From Malacoraja senta (Eukaryota), in assembly GCA_038087875.1 (NCBI GenBank), contig CM075978.1, forward strand, positions 175,150,001 to 175,214,000: a DNA stretch of 64,000 nt. Direction: 5' to 3'. Below, one piece after another: positions 1-12,783 of the stretch. Under the pieces are notes generated by a model, which saw nothing but the letters and a program-made list of their open reading frames with translations, had not been told where the DNA came from and did no database searches. Within the stretch, counting starts at the first letter, position 1; every line of letters starts with the position of its first letter. The position numbers and the translations under genes are program-made.

Positions 1-1871
1 AGGGAAGCTGACCAGGAATATAAAGAAGGACAGTAAAAGCATCTTTAGATATGTTAAGGGAAAAAGAGTAGCAAAGTCAAATGTGGGTCCCTTGAAGGCA
101 GACACGGGTGAAATTATTATGGGCAACAAGGAAATGGCAGAATAGTTGAATAGGTACTTCGGATCTGTCTTCACTAAGGAAGACACAAACAATCTCCCAG
201 ATGTACTGGAGGACAGAGGATCTAAGGGTGTAGAGGAACTGAAAGAATGTTTCATTAGACGAGAAATACTATTGGGTAGGCTAATGGGACTGAAGGATGA
301 TAAATCCCCTCGGCCTGATGGTCTGCATCCCAGGATCCTCAGGGAGGTGGCTCTAGAAATAGTGGACGCATTGGTGATCATTTTCCAATGTTCAATAGAT
401 TCAGGATCAGTTCCTGTGGATTGGAGAATAGTTAATGTTATCCCACTTTTCAAGAAAGGAGCGAGAGAGAAAACGCGGATTTACAGACAGTTAGCCTGAC
501 TTCGGTGGTAGGATATATGCTGGAGTCAATTATTAAAGAGGTAATAATGGGGCATTTGGATAGCCGTAAAAGGATTAGTCCAAGTCAACATGGATTTATG
601 AAAGGGAAATCATGCTTGACTAATCTTCGCTAAATTTGTGAGGATGTGACAAGTAAAATGGATGAAGGGGTGCCAGTGGATGTAGTGTATCTAGACTTTC
701 AGAAAGCCTTTGATGAGGTCCCGCACGGGAGACTGGTGACTAAAATTAGAGCACACGGTATTGGGGTAGGGTGTTGATAGAAAATTGGTTGGCAGACCGG
801 AAGCAAGGAGTAGGAGTGAACGGGTCCTTTTCAGAATGGCAGGCAGCGGCGAGTGGAGTGCCGCAAGGCTCGGTGTTGGGGCCGCAACTGTTTACCATAT
901 ATATTAATGATTTGGAAGAGGGAATTAGGATCAACACTAGCAAGTTTGCGGATGACACAAAGCTGGGTGACAGTGTGAACTGTGAAGAGGATGTTACGAG
1001 GTTTCAGGGTGACCTGGACAGGTTGGGTGAGTGGGCAGATGCGTGGCAGATGCAGTATAATATATATACATGTGAAGTTATCCACTTTGGCGGCAAAAAC
1101 AAGGGGGCAGATTATTATCTCAATGGGGTTAGGTTAGGTAAGGGGGAGGTACAGCGAGACCTGGGTGTCCTTGTACACGGGTCACTGAAAGTTGGCGTGC
1201 AGGTACAGCAGGCAGTGAAGAAAGCTAATGGAATGTTGGCCTTCATAACAAGAGGATTTCAGTATATTAGTAAAGAGGTTCTTCTGCAGTTGTATAGGGC
1301 TATGGTGAGACCACATCTGGAGTATTGTGTACAGATTTGGTCACCTAATTTGAGGAAGGACATCCTTGTGATTGAGGCAGTGCAGCGTAGGTTCACGAGA
1401 TTGATCCCTGGGATGGCGGGATTGTCATATGAGGAAAGATTGAAAAGTCTAGGCTTGTATTCACTGGAGTTTAGAAGGATGAGGGGTTATCTTATAGAAA
1501 TATATAAAATTATAAAAGGACTGGACAAGCTAGATGCAGGAAAAATGTTCCCAATGTTGGGCGAGTCCAGAACCAGGGGCCACAGCCTTAGAATAAAGGG
1601 GAGGTCATTTAAGACTGAGGTGAGAAAAAACCTTTCCACCCAGAGAGTTGTGAATTTATGGAATTCCCTGCCACAGAGGGCAGTGGAGGCTAAATCACAG
1701 GATGGATTTAAGAGAGAGTTAGATAGAGCTCTAGGGGCTAGTGGAGTCAATGTATATGGGGAGAAGGCAGGCACGGGTTATTGATTGTGGACGATCAGCC
1801 ATGATTGGCGGTGCTGGCTCGAATGGCCGAATGGCATCCTCCTGCACCTATGTTTCTATGTTTCTATGTTT
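1..1871 (+). mobile_element. CR1-type LINE, 3' part of ORF2 (RT), disabled, with (TATGTTTC)n tail
   Basis: ORFs 146-499 (KSPRPDGLHPRIL) and 771-1784 (GVPQGSVLGP, FADDTK, RGHSLRI) separated by stops and frameshifts; microsatellite tail at about 1849-1871. Confidence 0.95.
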
Positions 1872-2689
1872 GGTATCCACTTAAGCCACAATCGAATTCC
1901 CGGATGGCTGAAGAGTAGCGAATGTTGCCCTTTTCTTTCTGAAGGAAATAAGTAAGCAAGGAAATCACAAGCTGTTGAGGTTCATGTCAGTCATCGGGAA
2001 TCTATTGGAGCTCACGTCTGATTGAATTTAATGTAATGATGAAGGTGATTTATGTGGATGGGGCAGTGACATTTGTCTGCATGGATTCTGAAAAACCCGT
2101 ATTTGAATGCTAATTCCGTAATTGAATGCTAATGGAGATGATTTCAATGTGTGGGACACATGGTGATTTGTTACTTTGGATTGATTAGCTGCATTTAGTA
2201 TTGCAAACAGTTCTGGTTGCCCCATTACAGGGATGATGTGAATGTATTTGAGAGGATGCAGCGGAGGTTTACCAGAACGTTGCCTGGATCAGTGTTTCAG
2301 CTACAAGGGGAGGTTGAATTATTTTTTCTGAATGTCAGAGTCTGAGGGGACAATAGATAAAATTATTATTTTTTAAATGACGGGCATAGATAGGGTAGTC
2401 TGTCACAAATTGTATCCTAGGGTGGGAAATGTCGAACATTAGAGGGCATGGATATAAACTGAGTGGGGGAAGGTTGATATTGATGTATGCGGCACGCTCT
2501 TTACACAGAGATAGGTTGGCAGAGGGGCTGGAATGCATCATGCCGATCACAGTGTCCCATCTGCATTAGTCCCATCTGCCGGCGTTTGGTCTCCAAAACC
2601 ATCCATGTCCTGTTCAAATGTCCTTTAAATGTTGTTGTAGTTTCAGCCTCAATAATCTCATCTGGCAGTTCATTTCATATCCCCACTAT

Positions 2690-3226
2690 CAGATTAGATT
2701 AGATTTTATTCCTTGTCATTTGAACCTCAAAGAGGCTCAAACGAAACTCCGTTTCCACAGTCATACAAACAAAACAATTCCTACACGACACACAAACAAT
2801 TCAATTTACAGAAAACATCTATCACAGTGAATCTCCTCCTCACTGTGATGGAAGGCAAAGTCTTTTCTCTCCCCTGCACCATTTTTCTCCCGATGTTGAA
2901 GCCCCAGGCGGGCAATGTTAAGTCCCACGGCCGTTGAAGCCGTGCCGGGCGGACGGCCTCGCTCCGGGCCCAAAAGTCACAAAGTTGGAGCCCCCGGCGG
3001 GCGCTGGAATGTCCCGCAGCCATTAAAGTCGCGCCGGGCGATTTACGGCCCAGCTCCGGGTCGTTCCAACCCTGCGACACGGGCGGGAGAAGTTGCGTTA
3101 CGGGAGCTCCGGAAAGCGGTCTCTCACCCGGACCCGCGAGCTCCCGATATCACTGTCTACCGGTCTGCAGCTGGAGCTCCGGAGTCGGGCCGCAGCAGCG
3201 AGCCACCACCGCTCCTCGCGCTCCCA
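2690..3226 (-). mobile_element. GC-rich non-autonomous retroelement with microsatellite tail; related copy at about 7813-8205
   Basis: (AGATT)n at the left end; shares the cctcactgtgatggaag segment and a small hairpin with 7940-7990; interrupts a block that is duplicated at 59.3-61.8 kb. Confidence 0.5.
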
Positions 3227-3746
3227 AATTCTATACTCATTACCCTGACTGATACAGGCCTGAAGCCTTCTTAACCACCCTGTCTACCTGTGACACCACT
3301 CTCAAGGAACTATGTACTGTACCAGCACACCTTGACCCTTCTGCTCTAGAAACGTTTTGCCGTTTACTATTAAGGTCCTGCCCACATTTCACTTCCCAAA
3401 ATATAAAATCTCACACTTATCTGCATTAAACTCGTTAACCATTCATCAGCCCACTTGCCCAACTGAACAAGATCCTGCTGTAACCTTTGATAACCATTTT
3501 CGCTATCTACAATATTACCCAACTAACAGTCATCTGCAATCTTACTAATCCGGCTTTGTATGTTCTCATCCAAATCGTTGATATACAGTAAGCCACAAAC
3601 AGCAATAGGCCCAGCACCGATCCTGGAGGCACACCACTATTCAGAGCCCTCCACTCCAAACCCTCTGAAGAAGGGTCTCGACCCAAAACGTCGCTCATTC
3701 CTTTTCTCCAGAGATGCTGTCTGTCCCGCTGAGTTACTTCAGCATT

Positions 3747-4197
3747 TTCAATTCAATTCAATTCAATTCAACTTTAATGTCATTGCACAAATACTGAGTA
3801 TGGGTACAACGAAATGCAGTTTTGCGTCAGTCCGTAGTAGTAGTGCAATATAGAAATTTTTTTAAAAAGAGGATACAGAATAATCAAAAATACAGAATAA
3901 TTAACAATGGGGACGGAGGGACCGAAGGAATCTATCGGCGGGACTCCGAGTTCAGCAATGCGACGGTATAATTGTAGAAGCTGTTCCTCATCCTACTGGT
4001 ACGAGACCTGAGGCTCCTGTACCGCCTCCCTGATGGGAGGAGGGCAAACAGTCCATGGTTGGGGTGGGAGGGGTCTTTAATGATCTTCCCAGCCCGTTTC
4101 AGACACCGTTTTCGGTGGAGAGCATCCATGGCAGGGAGCGGGGCACCGATGATGTGCTGCGCGGTTTTCACCACCCGTTGTAGTGTTTTGTGTCCAT
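3747..4197 (-). mobile_element. Rex1/Babar-like (or L2-like) LINE 3' fragment
   Basis: Minus ORF 3932-4174 ends HPNHGLFALLPSGRRYRSLRSRTSRMRNSFY, the typical RT C-terminus of this group; (TTCAA)n tail. Confidence 0.8.
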
Positions 4198-4959
4198 CTC
4201 CGCTTTAAACCAGCAGCTCCAGTTCCTACGTACACAATTGCCACCCTGCAATCTTCCGGCACCTCACCCATATTTGATGATGACTCATATATCTCAGCCA
4301 GGTCACCTGCAATTTGTTCTCTAGCTTCCCGCGGTGCCCTCGGATAAATCTGATCAGGCCCGGAGGATTTGTCTACCTTTTACACGTTAGGACGTTGAGC
4401 ACCTCTATCGTAATACAGACTGCCCTCAAGACACTACCATTGATTGCCCTCAAGTTCCCAGATCTTCATGTTTTTCATGCAAGGAAAAGCCTAGGAGCTT
4501 TAGATCTGTGCCTGACATCTATGGCAGATATGTTACTGGAGAGTATTCTGAGATAAGATATATATGCAGCTTTATGAACAATGGCTGATAGGTGACATTG
4601 AACCTGGTGTATTTACGAAGGTAATATAGCCTCACATATGACCAAGAGTTTTGAAGAAGCAACTTAGAAGGTTGAAGATGGCAATGACAGAGAAAATGTT
4701 TTCATGGAAGGTTCTGCATGCCAAGTTACCCTGGAAGGCTAGATCGCGTGAGAGCTACCTTAATGGGCAGAAATTCTGATTTATGGAAGGAAGTAGTTTA
4801 AAAAATCAGATTGAAGGCTGTGACTCTTGTTGTGTTCATGGATCGGGGCTGGGTCCATTGCTGTTTGTGTTTTATATCAACAATTTGGATGAGAAGAAAC
4901 GAGGCATGATAATAATGTCTGCAGATGCCATTAATGGAGGTGGTATCGTAGACTGGGTC

Positions 4960-5475
4960 GGCACGGCAGCGCAGTGGTAGAGTTGCTGCCTTACAGCGCC
5001 AAGGAATCGTGTTCGATCCTGACTACGGGTGCTGTCTTATGGAATTTGTATGTTCTCCCTGTGATCACGAGAATTTTCCCCGAGATCTTTAGTTTCTTCC
5101 CACACTCCAAAGCAGTACAGGTTTGTAGGTTAAAGAAGGGACTGCAGATGCTGGAAAATCGAAGGTACACAAAAATGCTGGAGAAACTCAGCGGGTGCAG
5201 CAGCATCTATGGAGCGAAGGAAATAGGCAACGATTCGGGCCTGAAGAAGGGTTTCGGCCCGAAACGTTGCCTATTTCCTTCGCTCCATAGATGCTGCTGC
5301 ACCCGCTGAGTTTCTCCAGCATTTTTGTGTACCTCAGGTTTGTAGGTTAATTGGCTTGATCTAAATGTAAATTGTCCTTAGTGTGTGTGCGCGACAGTGT
5401 TAGTGTATGGGGATTGCTGGTTGATGAAGACTTGGTGGACGAAAGGGCCTGTTTACACGCTGAACCTCTAAACTT
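4960..5475 (+). mobile_element. tRNA-headed SINE (HE1/V-SINE-like) interrupted by an inverted pair of Penelope-derived units
   Basis: A-box-like TGGTAGAGT and B-box GTTCGATCC; same core as copies near 13340-13650, 26405-26688(-), 40283-40556 and 44560-44714. Insert 5135-5334 is flanked by a duplicated caggtttgtaggttaa. Confidence 0.8.
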
Positions 5476-6604
5476 AAAATACTAACCAGTGAAGATGGTC
5501 ATCAAAAATTACAGCAGGATCTTGATCAGTTGGGCACATGGATTGAGGGATAGCCAATGAAGCTTACTGCAAGCATTTGCGAGTTGTTGCATTTTGGGAG
5601 TTCACCCCAGGGCAGGACATTTCTAGTGAAGCCTGGGAAAAGTTATAGGGCAGTGGGATCTAGGCATACGGATACATCGTTACCTGTACATGGCGTCACA
5701 GGTAGATGGGTTAGTAAGGAAAGCTTTTGGCACATTTTCATTCAGTTGTCAAGGTATTCAGTTCATAATTTCTGTTATGGTGAAGTCGTAGGAGACGATG
5801 GTGAGATCACATTTTGAATATTATTTTCACTTTTGGTCACCCTGCTTCGGGAAGGATGTCATTATGTTGGAAATGGTGAATAGAGACGTTTACCAGATGT
5901 TATCAAGACTGGAAGGCCTGAGCAATGTGGTAAGGTTGGGCGGACTAGGATCACAGGAGGCCGAAGGTGATATTCTGGGCGTGTATAACATCATGAGAGA
6001 AATAGATAGGTTGAATGCTCCGTCATTTACCCAGGGTGGGTAAATCAAGAAGCAGAGGCCAAAGGTTTATAGTGAGAGGGAATGCTTTAATAGGAACCTG
6101 AGGGGGAACATTTTCACTCAGATGGAGGTGGGTGTATGAAGCGAGCTACCAGAGGAGATAGTTGGGGCAGGTATAACAACAGCATTTAAATGACAAGTAG
6201 ATAGGTACTTGGATAGAATAGTGCAGAGGAATTTTGGTAAAACGCGGGTAAATTTGGCGAGCTTCGATTAGCATCTTGGTCAACGTGGACGAAGTGGGCC
6301 GAAGGGCTTATTTCCAGTGCTCGATGGCTCTATACCACTATGACAGGCCTGTTCTCGTGCTGCACGACTCTGGGAACCTTCCCAAGACGCACAGAAAGCT
6401 ATATTTCCAACCACGTTGTTCCTGTCATGATATCCCCGCAATCTCACGATGGTCTGCCGAATCTTCATCGTAGCCCTATTAAAGGAATTGTTCACTTTTG
6501 GAGTAAATGAACTAAACTGTAACACATTAGGCCGGATGTGGTATCAACTAGGCCGTAGGTTGATGTAAGATGACAAGTGCATTCTGGTAGTGAAATTCTA
6601 TAGC

Positions 6605-7150
6605 AATAACAAATTGGAGGAACAGCATCTGATATTTCGCTTGGGCAGCTTGCAGCCCAGTGGTATGAATATTAATTTATCTCTCTTCGGGTAGCCCCGG
6701 CATTCCCTCTCTCTCTATCCCTCCCCCATCCAAGTCGCAACAGCTTCTCATTTACACCCTACAAACTGCTTACAATGGCCTGTTTCCTTTATCATCGTTA
6801 CTTGTTTTGCCGAGCTTTCATTCATTGTTCTTTATCTCTCCACATCACCGTCCACAATCTCTCGTTTCCCTTATCCCTAACCAGTCTGCAGAAACGTCTC
6901 GACCAGAAACGTCACCTATTCCTTCTCTCCAGAGATGCTGCCCGTCCCGCTGAGTTACTCCAGCTTTTTGTGTTTAAGAAACAACTGCTGATGCTGGAAA
7001 AATCGAAGGTAGACAAAATTGCTGGACAAACTCAGCGGGTGAAGCAGCATCTATGGAGAGAAGGAACAGGTAACGTTTCGGGTCGAGACCCTTATTCCTT
7101 CGCTGCATAGATGCTGCGTCACCCGCTGAGTTTGTCCGGCATTTTTGTCT
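6605..7150 (+). mobile_element. Penelope-like element 3' remnant plus short terminal units
   Basis: aaattggaggaacagcatctgatatttcgcttgggcagc matches the end of the GIY-YIG ORF at about 60415-60450; followed by gagatgctg...ccgctgagtt units in both orientations. Confidence 0.7.
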
Positions 7151-8205
7151 ACCAGCTTTTTGTGTGTATCTTACATTAACTTACCACTTGCTTGTCGAAC
7201 CTCACTGTTTGGTGGAAATGAATAATGAATAGACTTCGGAGACTTGCAGGTACCTTTGAATATCAACATTTCCGCATATCTTACCCTAAAACATATAATC
7301 GGCACCTGTGCACTGTCTGTCTACGGGTGTGTATAATTTCAATTTCCCCCTCATGGTACTCCATCTGCCACGGCATTTCCTCATTGTATTTCATCTGTCG
7401 TGACATCTTACTCACCACGTATTTTTAAGGCAACGCTAAACCTGGTCACCTTGCCGAATCCATTGATTAAACCTGTTCATACTTCAATAAAGGATCATTT
7501 CATTTTCATTGGTCACGAGCTGCCACATTGAGAAGTGTCTGTTTATTCCGATTCTTTGCTTTCGAATCATTAACCAAGTCACAATTCACACGTCTCTGCT
7601 GATCCCCATTCTATGTGCTCTTTTTACCGAGCTCCGATTTTGAAAAGCTTTCGGAAGATTGAAAGTCTGTGGAAACCTAAAATAAGCTGCAGCCACTTGC
7701 AAACGCACCACGATGCGCACCACAAGAATTACAAGGCAGCACATGTTTGCTATGACACTTGATCTTATCTTCCCATTTCGCGGCGATCCTACCCCTCTCT
7801 TTCTCTCGCTGTCCAAGTTCAAGTTCGCGTTTATTGTCACTTTTAACCAACTAAGGTCCAGTGAAATTTGAGTTACCACACATCCATACTAAGTGAAAAG
7901 AGCACAGTACACACATAAAATAAATTTAACATGAACATGCACCACAGTGGATTCAACATTCCTCACTGTGATGGAAGTCAATAAAGTTCAGTCATCTTCC
8001 TCCTTTGTTCACCCGTGATAATCGGGGCCTTGAACACTCCGCACTTCGCCGCTGCAGACGGTCCGATGTCCAGACCCACTCGTCGGGATGATTAAAACTC
8101 CGTCGTCGGGTCGGATTGGAACACCCCGCGGCATAGAGTTCCCGAGTCGGCCTCTTCTTTCCGGAGACCGCGGGCTACACGGTGTTAAAGTCCACATGCC
8201 CCGCG

Positions 8206-11200
8206 GTCTTTGTATTGTATCCAGGATAAGGGGGGAGTATGAGGGCCAGGGTAGTTTACTGTTCTGGATGTCAGATGTGGGAGGTCATGGAGTCTGATAC
8301 CCCTCCAGATGTCCACATCTGTGCCAGGTGCGTCGAGATGGGGCTCCTAAGGGACCGTGTTCGGAACCTGGTGCAGCAGCTCGATGACCTCTGTCTGATC
8401 AGGGAGAGTGAGGAGGTCATCGAAAGGAGTTATAGGGTGGTGGGCACTCCAAGACCACGGGAGGCAGACAAGTGGGTCACGGTTAGGAAGGGCAAGGGGC
8501 AGAGGCAGGGACTAGTGAGTACCCCGGTGGCTGTATACCTTGAAAATAAGTACTCCTGTTTGAGTATTGTTGGGGGGGACAGCCTTCCTGGGGTAGCGAC
8601 AGCGGCCGGGCCTCCGGCACAGAGACCGGCCCTATTGCTCAGAAGGGTAGGGAAAAGAAGAGGAGGGCAATAGTAATAGGGGACTCTATAGTTAGGGCGT
8701 CGGATAGGCGATTCTGTGGTGCAGTCAGGAGACCCGGATGGTAGTTTGCCTCCCTGGCGCCAGGGTCAGGAATGTGTCTGAACGCGTCCAAGATATCCTG
8801 AAATCGGAGGGAGAGGAGCCTGAGGTCGTGGTACATATAGGTACCAATGACATAGGCAGAAAAAGAGAAGAGGTCCTGAAAGGAGAATTTAATGAGTTGG
8901 GAGGAGAGTTAAGGAGAAGGACCGCAAAGGTAACAATCTCAGGATTACTACCTGTGTCACGCGACAGTGAGATTAGGAATGGAATGAGGTCGAGGATAAA
9001 TGCGTGGCTGAGGAACTGGTGCAGCGGGCAGGGATTCAAATTTCTGGATCATTGGGACCTCTTTTGGGGAAGGTGTGACCTGTACAGAAAGGACGGGTTG
9101 CACTTGAACCCGAGGGGGACCAATATCCTGGCGGGGAGATTTGCAAAGTCTACTGGGGAGACCTTAAACTAGAACAGTTGGGGGGAGGGACTCAAATAGA
9201 GAAAGCTAGTAGACAATGTGGGAGGCAGGAGGCACAGAAGGGAAGCACTCGGATCCAAAGTGTAGGGGAGAAAGAAGAAAAATATTATAAACAGAGAAGA
9301 AGTGGTGGTGGGTTTCTTAAATGTGTATATTTTAATGCTAGGAGCATTGTCCCATGGAGCATTGTCCCACGGTTACTGGCGGTGAAGCACGGTGTAGCAG
9401 GAAGTGGAGACTGCGCGTGGACCGCTAGGGGACCGCGCATGGCCCGCGGGGTCGGTCCCACGCAGATCGCCGGAACCGTATGTAGTTGGTCCCGACACCG
9501 TGCGGTGCTCAGAAAAACTGACACTGTCCAAAAATCTCGGCTTGCCGCCCCGCCGCCGCCGCCTCTTCGCCGCGAGCACCGCCCGTACACCGCGAGCACC
9601 GCCTGTATGCCGCGAGCACTGCTTGGACGCCACGAGCCATCTCGACGTCATCGCATAGCGCGTTGCATTGCGCGATGACGTCATCACCCGACGCCGCGCT
9701 CGCCGCATGCATTTGCATGCTCGTGGGACAGGCCGTACGGTAAACATGGCCTCCGCGCGGCAACCGCTTCCAGTTAGGTTGCGCTTGCCGCATGTTCGTG
9801 GGACCGGCCGTATGGTGAACACTCTGCCCCCGCGCGGTACCTGCGCGGCCCATGCTTCCGGGGACGCCGCGTTTCAACGCCTGTTGCCGCCTGCCCGTGG
9901 GACAGCGCCTTAAAGGTGGATGAGCTTAGAGCCTGGATTGAGACCTGGAAGTATGATGTTGTGGCGATCAATGAAACATTGTTGCAGGAGGGCTGTGATT
10001 GGAAACTAAATATTCCAGGATTTCGCTGCTTCAGGGGTGATAGAATGGGAGGGGCAAGAGGTGGGGGTGTTGCATTGCTTGTCAAGGACGATATTACAGC
10101 AGTGCTTTGGCAGGATAGATTAGAGGGCTCGTCTAGGGAGGCTATTTGGGTGGAACTGAGAAATGGGAAAGGGGTAGCAACACTTATAGGGGTGTATTAT
10201 AGACCACCTAATGGGGAACGAGAATTGGAAGAGCAAATATGTAAGGATATAGCAGATATTAGTAGTAAGCACAAGGTAGTGATTGTGGGAGATTTCAATT
10301 TTCCACACATAGACTGGGAAACACATTCTGTAAAAGGGCTGGATGGTTTTGAGTTTGTAAAATGTGTGCAGGATAGTTTTTTGCAGCAATACATAGAGGT
10401 GCCTACTAGAGAAAGGGCAGTGCTGGACCTCCTGTTAGGAAATGAGACAGGGCAGGTGGCAGAGGTATGCGTTTGGGAGCACTTCGGGTCCAGTGATCAC
10501 AATACCATTAGTTTCAATATAATTATGGACAGGGTCAGAACTGGACCCAGGGTTGAGATTTTTGATTGGAGAAAGGCTAACTATGAGGAGATGCGAAAGG
10601 ATTTAAAAGGAGTGAATTGGCACATGTTGTTTTATGGGAAGGATCTAGAAAAGAAATGGAGGACATTTAAAGGTGAAATTTTAAGAGTACAGAATCTTTA
10701 TGTCCCTGTTCGGTTGAAAGGAAATAGTAAAAATTGGAAAGAGCAATGGTTTTTCAAGGGAAATTGGACACGGTTCGGAAAAAGAGAGAGATCTACAATA
10801 ATTATAGGCAGCATGGAGTAAATGAGGTGCTTGAGGAGTATAAAGAATGTAAAAAGAATATTAAGAAATAAATTAGAAAACCTAAAAGAAGATATGAGGT
10901 TGCTTTGGCAAGTAAAGTGAAAGTAAATCCAAAGGGTTTCTACAGCTATATTAATAGCAAAAGGATAACAAGGAATAAAATTGGTCCATTAGAGAGTCAG
11001 GGTGGACAGCTATCTGCAGAGCCAAAAGAGATGGGGGAGATATTGAACAATTCCTTTTCTTCGGTATTCACCAAGGAGAAGGATATTGAATTATGTGAGG
11101 TAAGGGAAACAAGCAGAGTAGCAATGGAATCTATGAGATTCAAAGAAGAGGAGGTGTGGACACTTTTGAAAAATATGAAAACGGATAAGTCTCCAGGTCC

Positions 11201-12783
11201 TGACAGGATATTCCCTCGGACATTGAGGGAAGTTAGTGTAGAAATAGCAGGGGCTATGACAGAAATATTTCAAATGTCATTAGAAACGGGAATAGTGCCA
11301 GGGGATTGGCGTACTGCGCATGTTGTTCCGTTGTTTAAAAAGGGTTCTAAGAGTAAACCTAGCAAGTATAGACCTGTTAGTTTGACGTCAGTGGTAGGCA
11401 AATTAATGGAAAGGATACTTAGAGACAATATATATAAGCATCTGGATAAGCAGGGTCTGATTAGGAACAGTCAACATGGATTTGTGCCTGGAAGGTCATG
11501 TTTAACTAATCTTCTTGAATTTTTCGAAGAGGTTACTAGGGAAATTGATGAGGGTAAAGCAGTGGATGTTGTCTATATGGACTTCAGTAAGGCCTTTGAC
11601 AAGGTTCCTCGTGGAAGGTTGGTTAAGAAGATTCAATTGTTGGGTATTAATGGTGGAGTAGCAAGATGGATTCAACAGTGGCTGAATGGGAGATGCCAGA
11701 GAGTAATGGTGGATGGCTGTTTGTCAGGTTGGAGGCCGGTGACTAGTGGGGTGCCGCAGGTGTCTGTGTTGGGTCCACTGTTGTTTGTCATGTACATCAA
11801 TGATCTGGATGATGGTGTGGAAAATTGGATTAGTAAGTATGCAGATGATACTAAGATAGGTGGTGTTGTGGAAAATGAAGTAGATTTTCAAAATCTACAG
11901 AGAGGTTTAGGCCATTTGGAAGAGTGGGCTGAAAGATGGCAGATGGAGTTTAATGCTGATAAATGTGAGGTGCTAAATCTTGGTAGGACAAATCAAAATA
12001 GGACGTACATGGTAAATCGTAGCGAATTGAGGAATGCAGTTGAACAGACGGATCTAGGAATAACTGTGCATAGTTCCCTGAAGGTGGAATCTCGTGTAGA
12101 TAGGGTGGTAAAGAAAGCTTTTGGTGTGCTGGCCTTTATAAATCAGAGCACTGAATATAGAAGTTGGGATGTAATGTTAAAATTGTACAAGGCATTGGTG
12201 AGGCCAATTCTGGAGTATGGAGTACAATTTTGGTCGCCTAATTATAGGAAGGATCTCAACAAAATAGAGAGCGTACAGAGGAGATTTACTAGTATGTTGC
12301 CTGGGTTTCAATAACTAAGTTACAGAGAAAGGTTGAACAAGTTAGGTCTTTATTCTTTGGAGCGCAGAAGGTTAAGGGAGGACTTGATAGAGGTCTTTAA
12401 AATGATGAGCGGGTTAGACAGAGTTGACGTGGATAAGCTTTTCTCATTGAGAGTAGGGATGATTCAAACAAGGGGACATGACTTGAGAATTAAGGGACCG
12501 AAGTTTAGGGGTAACATTAGGGGGAACTTCTTTACACAAAGAGTGGTAGCTGTGTGGAATGAGCTTCCAGTGGAAGTGGTGGAGGCAGGTTCGATTTTAT
12601 CCTTTAAAAATCGATTGGATGGGTGTATGGACGGGAAAGGAATGGAGGGTTATGGTCTGAGTGCAGGTAGATAGGACTAGGGGGAAGAAAGTAGAAAGAA
12701 GTGGGGAAAAAAAGTGTTCGGCACGGACTTGAAGGGCCGAGATGGCCTGTTTCCGTGCTGTAATGGTTATATGGTTATATGGT
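8206..12783 (+). mobile_element. Near full-length CR1 LINE (ORF1 zinc finger + SGNH esterase; ORF2 APE endonuclease + RT), disabled
   Basis: ORF1 pieces 8239-8673 (CSGC...CARC) and 8738-9172 (HIGTNDIG, DGLHLN); ORF2 pieces 9916-10821 (YRPP, GDFNFPHIDW, SDH), 10905-12314 (YADDTK) and 12333-12674; (ATATGGTT)n tail. Confidence 0.95.
9349..9909. mobile_element. GC-rich palindromic MITE (possibly PIF/Harbinger-like) inserted at the CR1 ORF2 start
   Basis: Splits the CR1 motif FNARSIV/KVDELRAW; imperfect TIRs tgtcccacgg...ccgtgggaca; internal gtgggac repeats and tgacgtca palindromes. Confidence 0.7.

Noticed and set aside
2822-2848. Inverted CACAGTG...CACTGTG pair (also at about 7942-7969) resembling RSS heptamers
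   Set aside because: No nonamer at 12 or 23 bp spacing, far from any V exon, and conserved as a hairpin in two copies of a retroelement.
5241-5333. Recurring ~100-bp units as a CRISPR-like array; SINE heads as tRNA genes
   Set aside because: The units are dispersed, in both orientations and without spacers, and are Penelope-derived. The SINE heads have A/B boxes but no complete cloverleaf.
9178-9913. Several overlapping Arg/Ala/Pro-rich ORFs
   Set aside because: Products of the GC-rich MITE; no recognisable protein motif.
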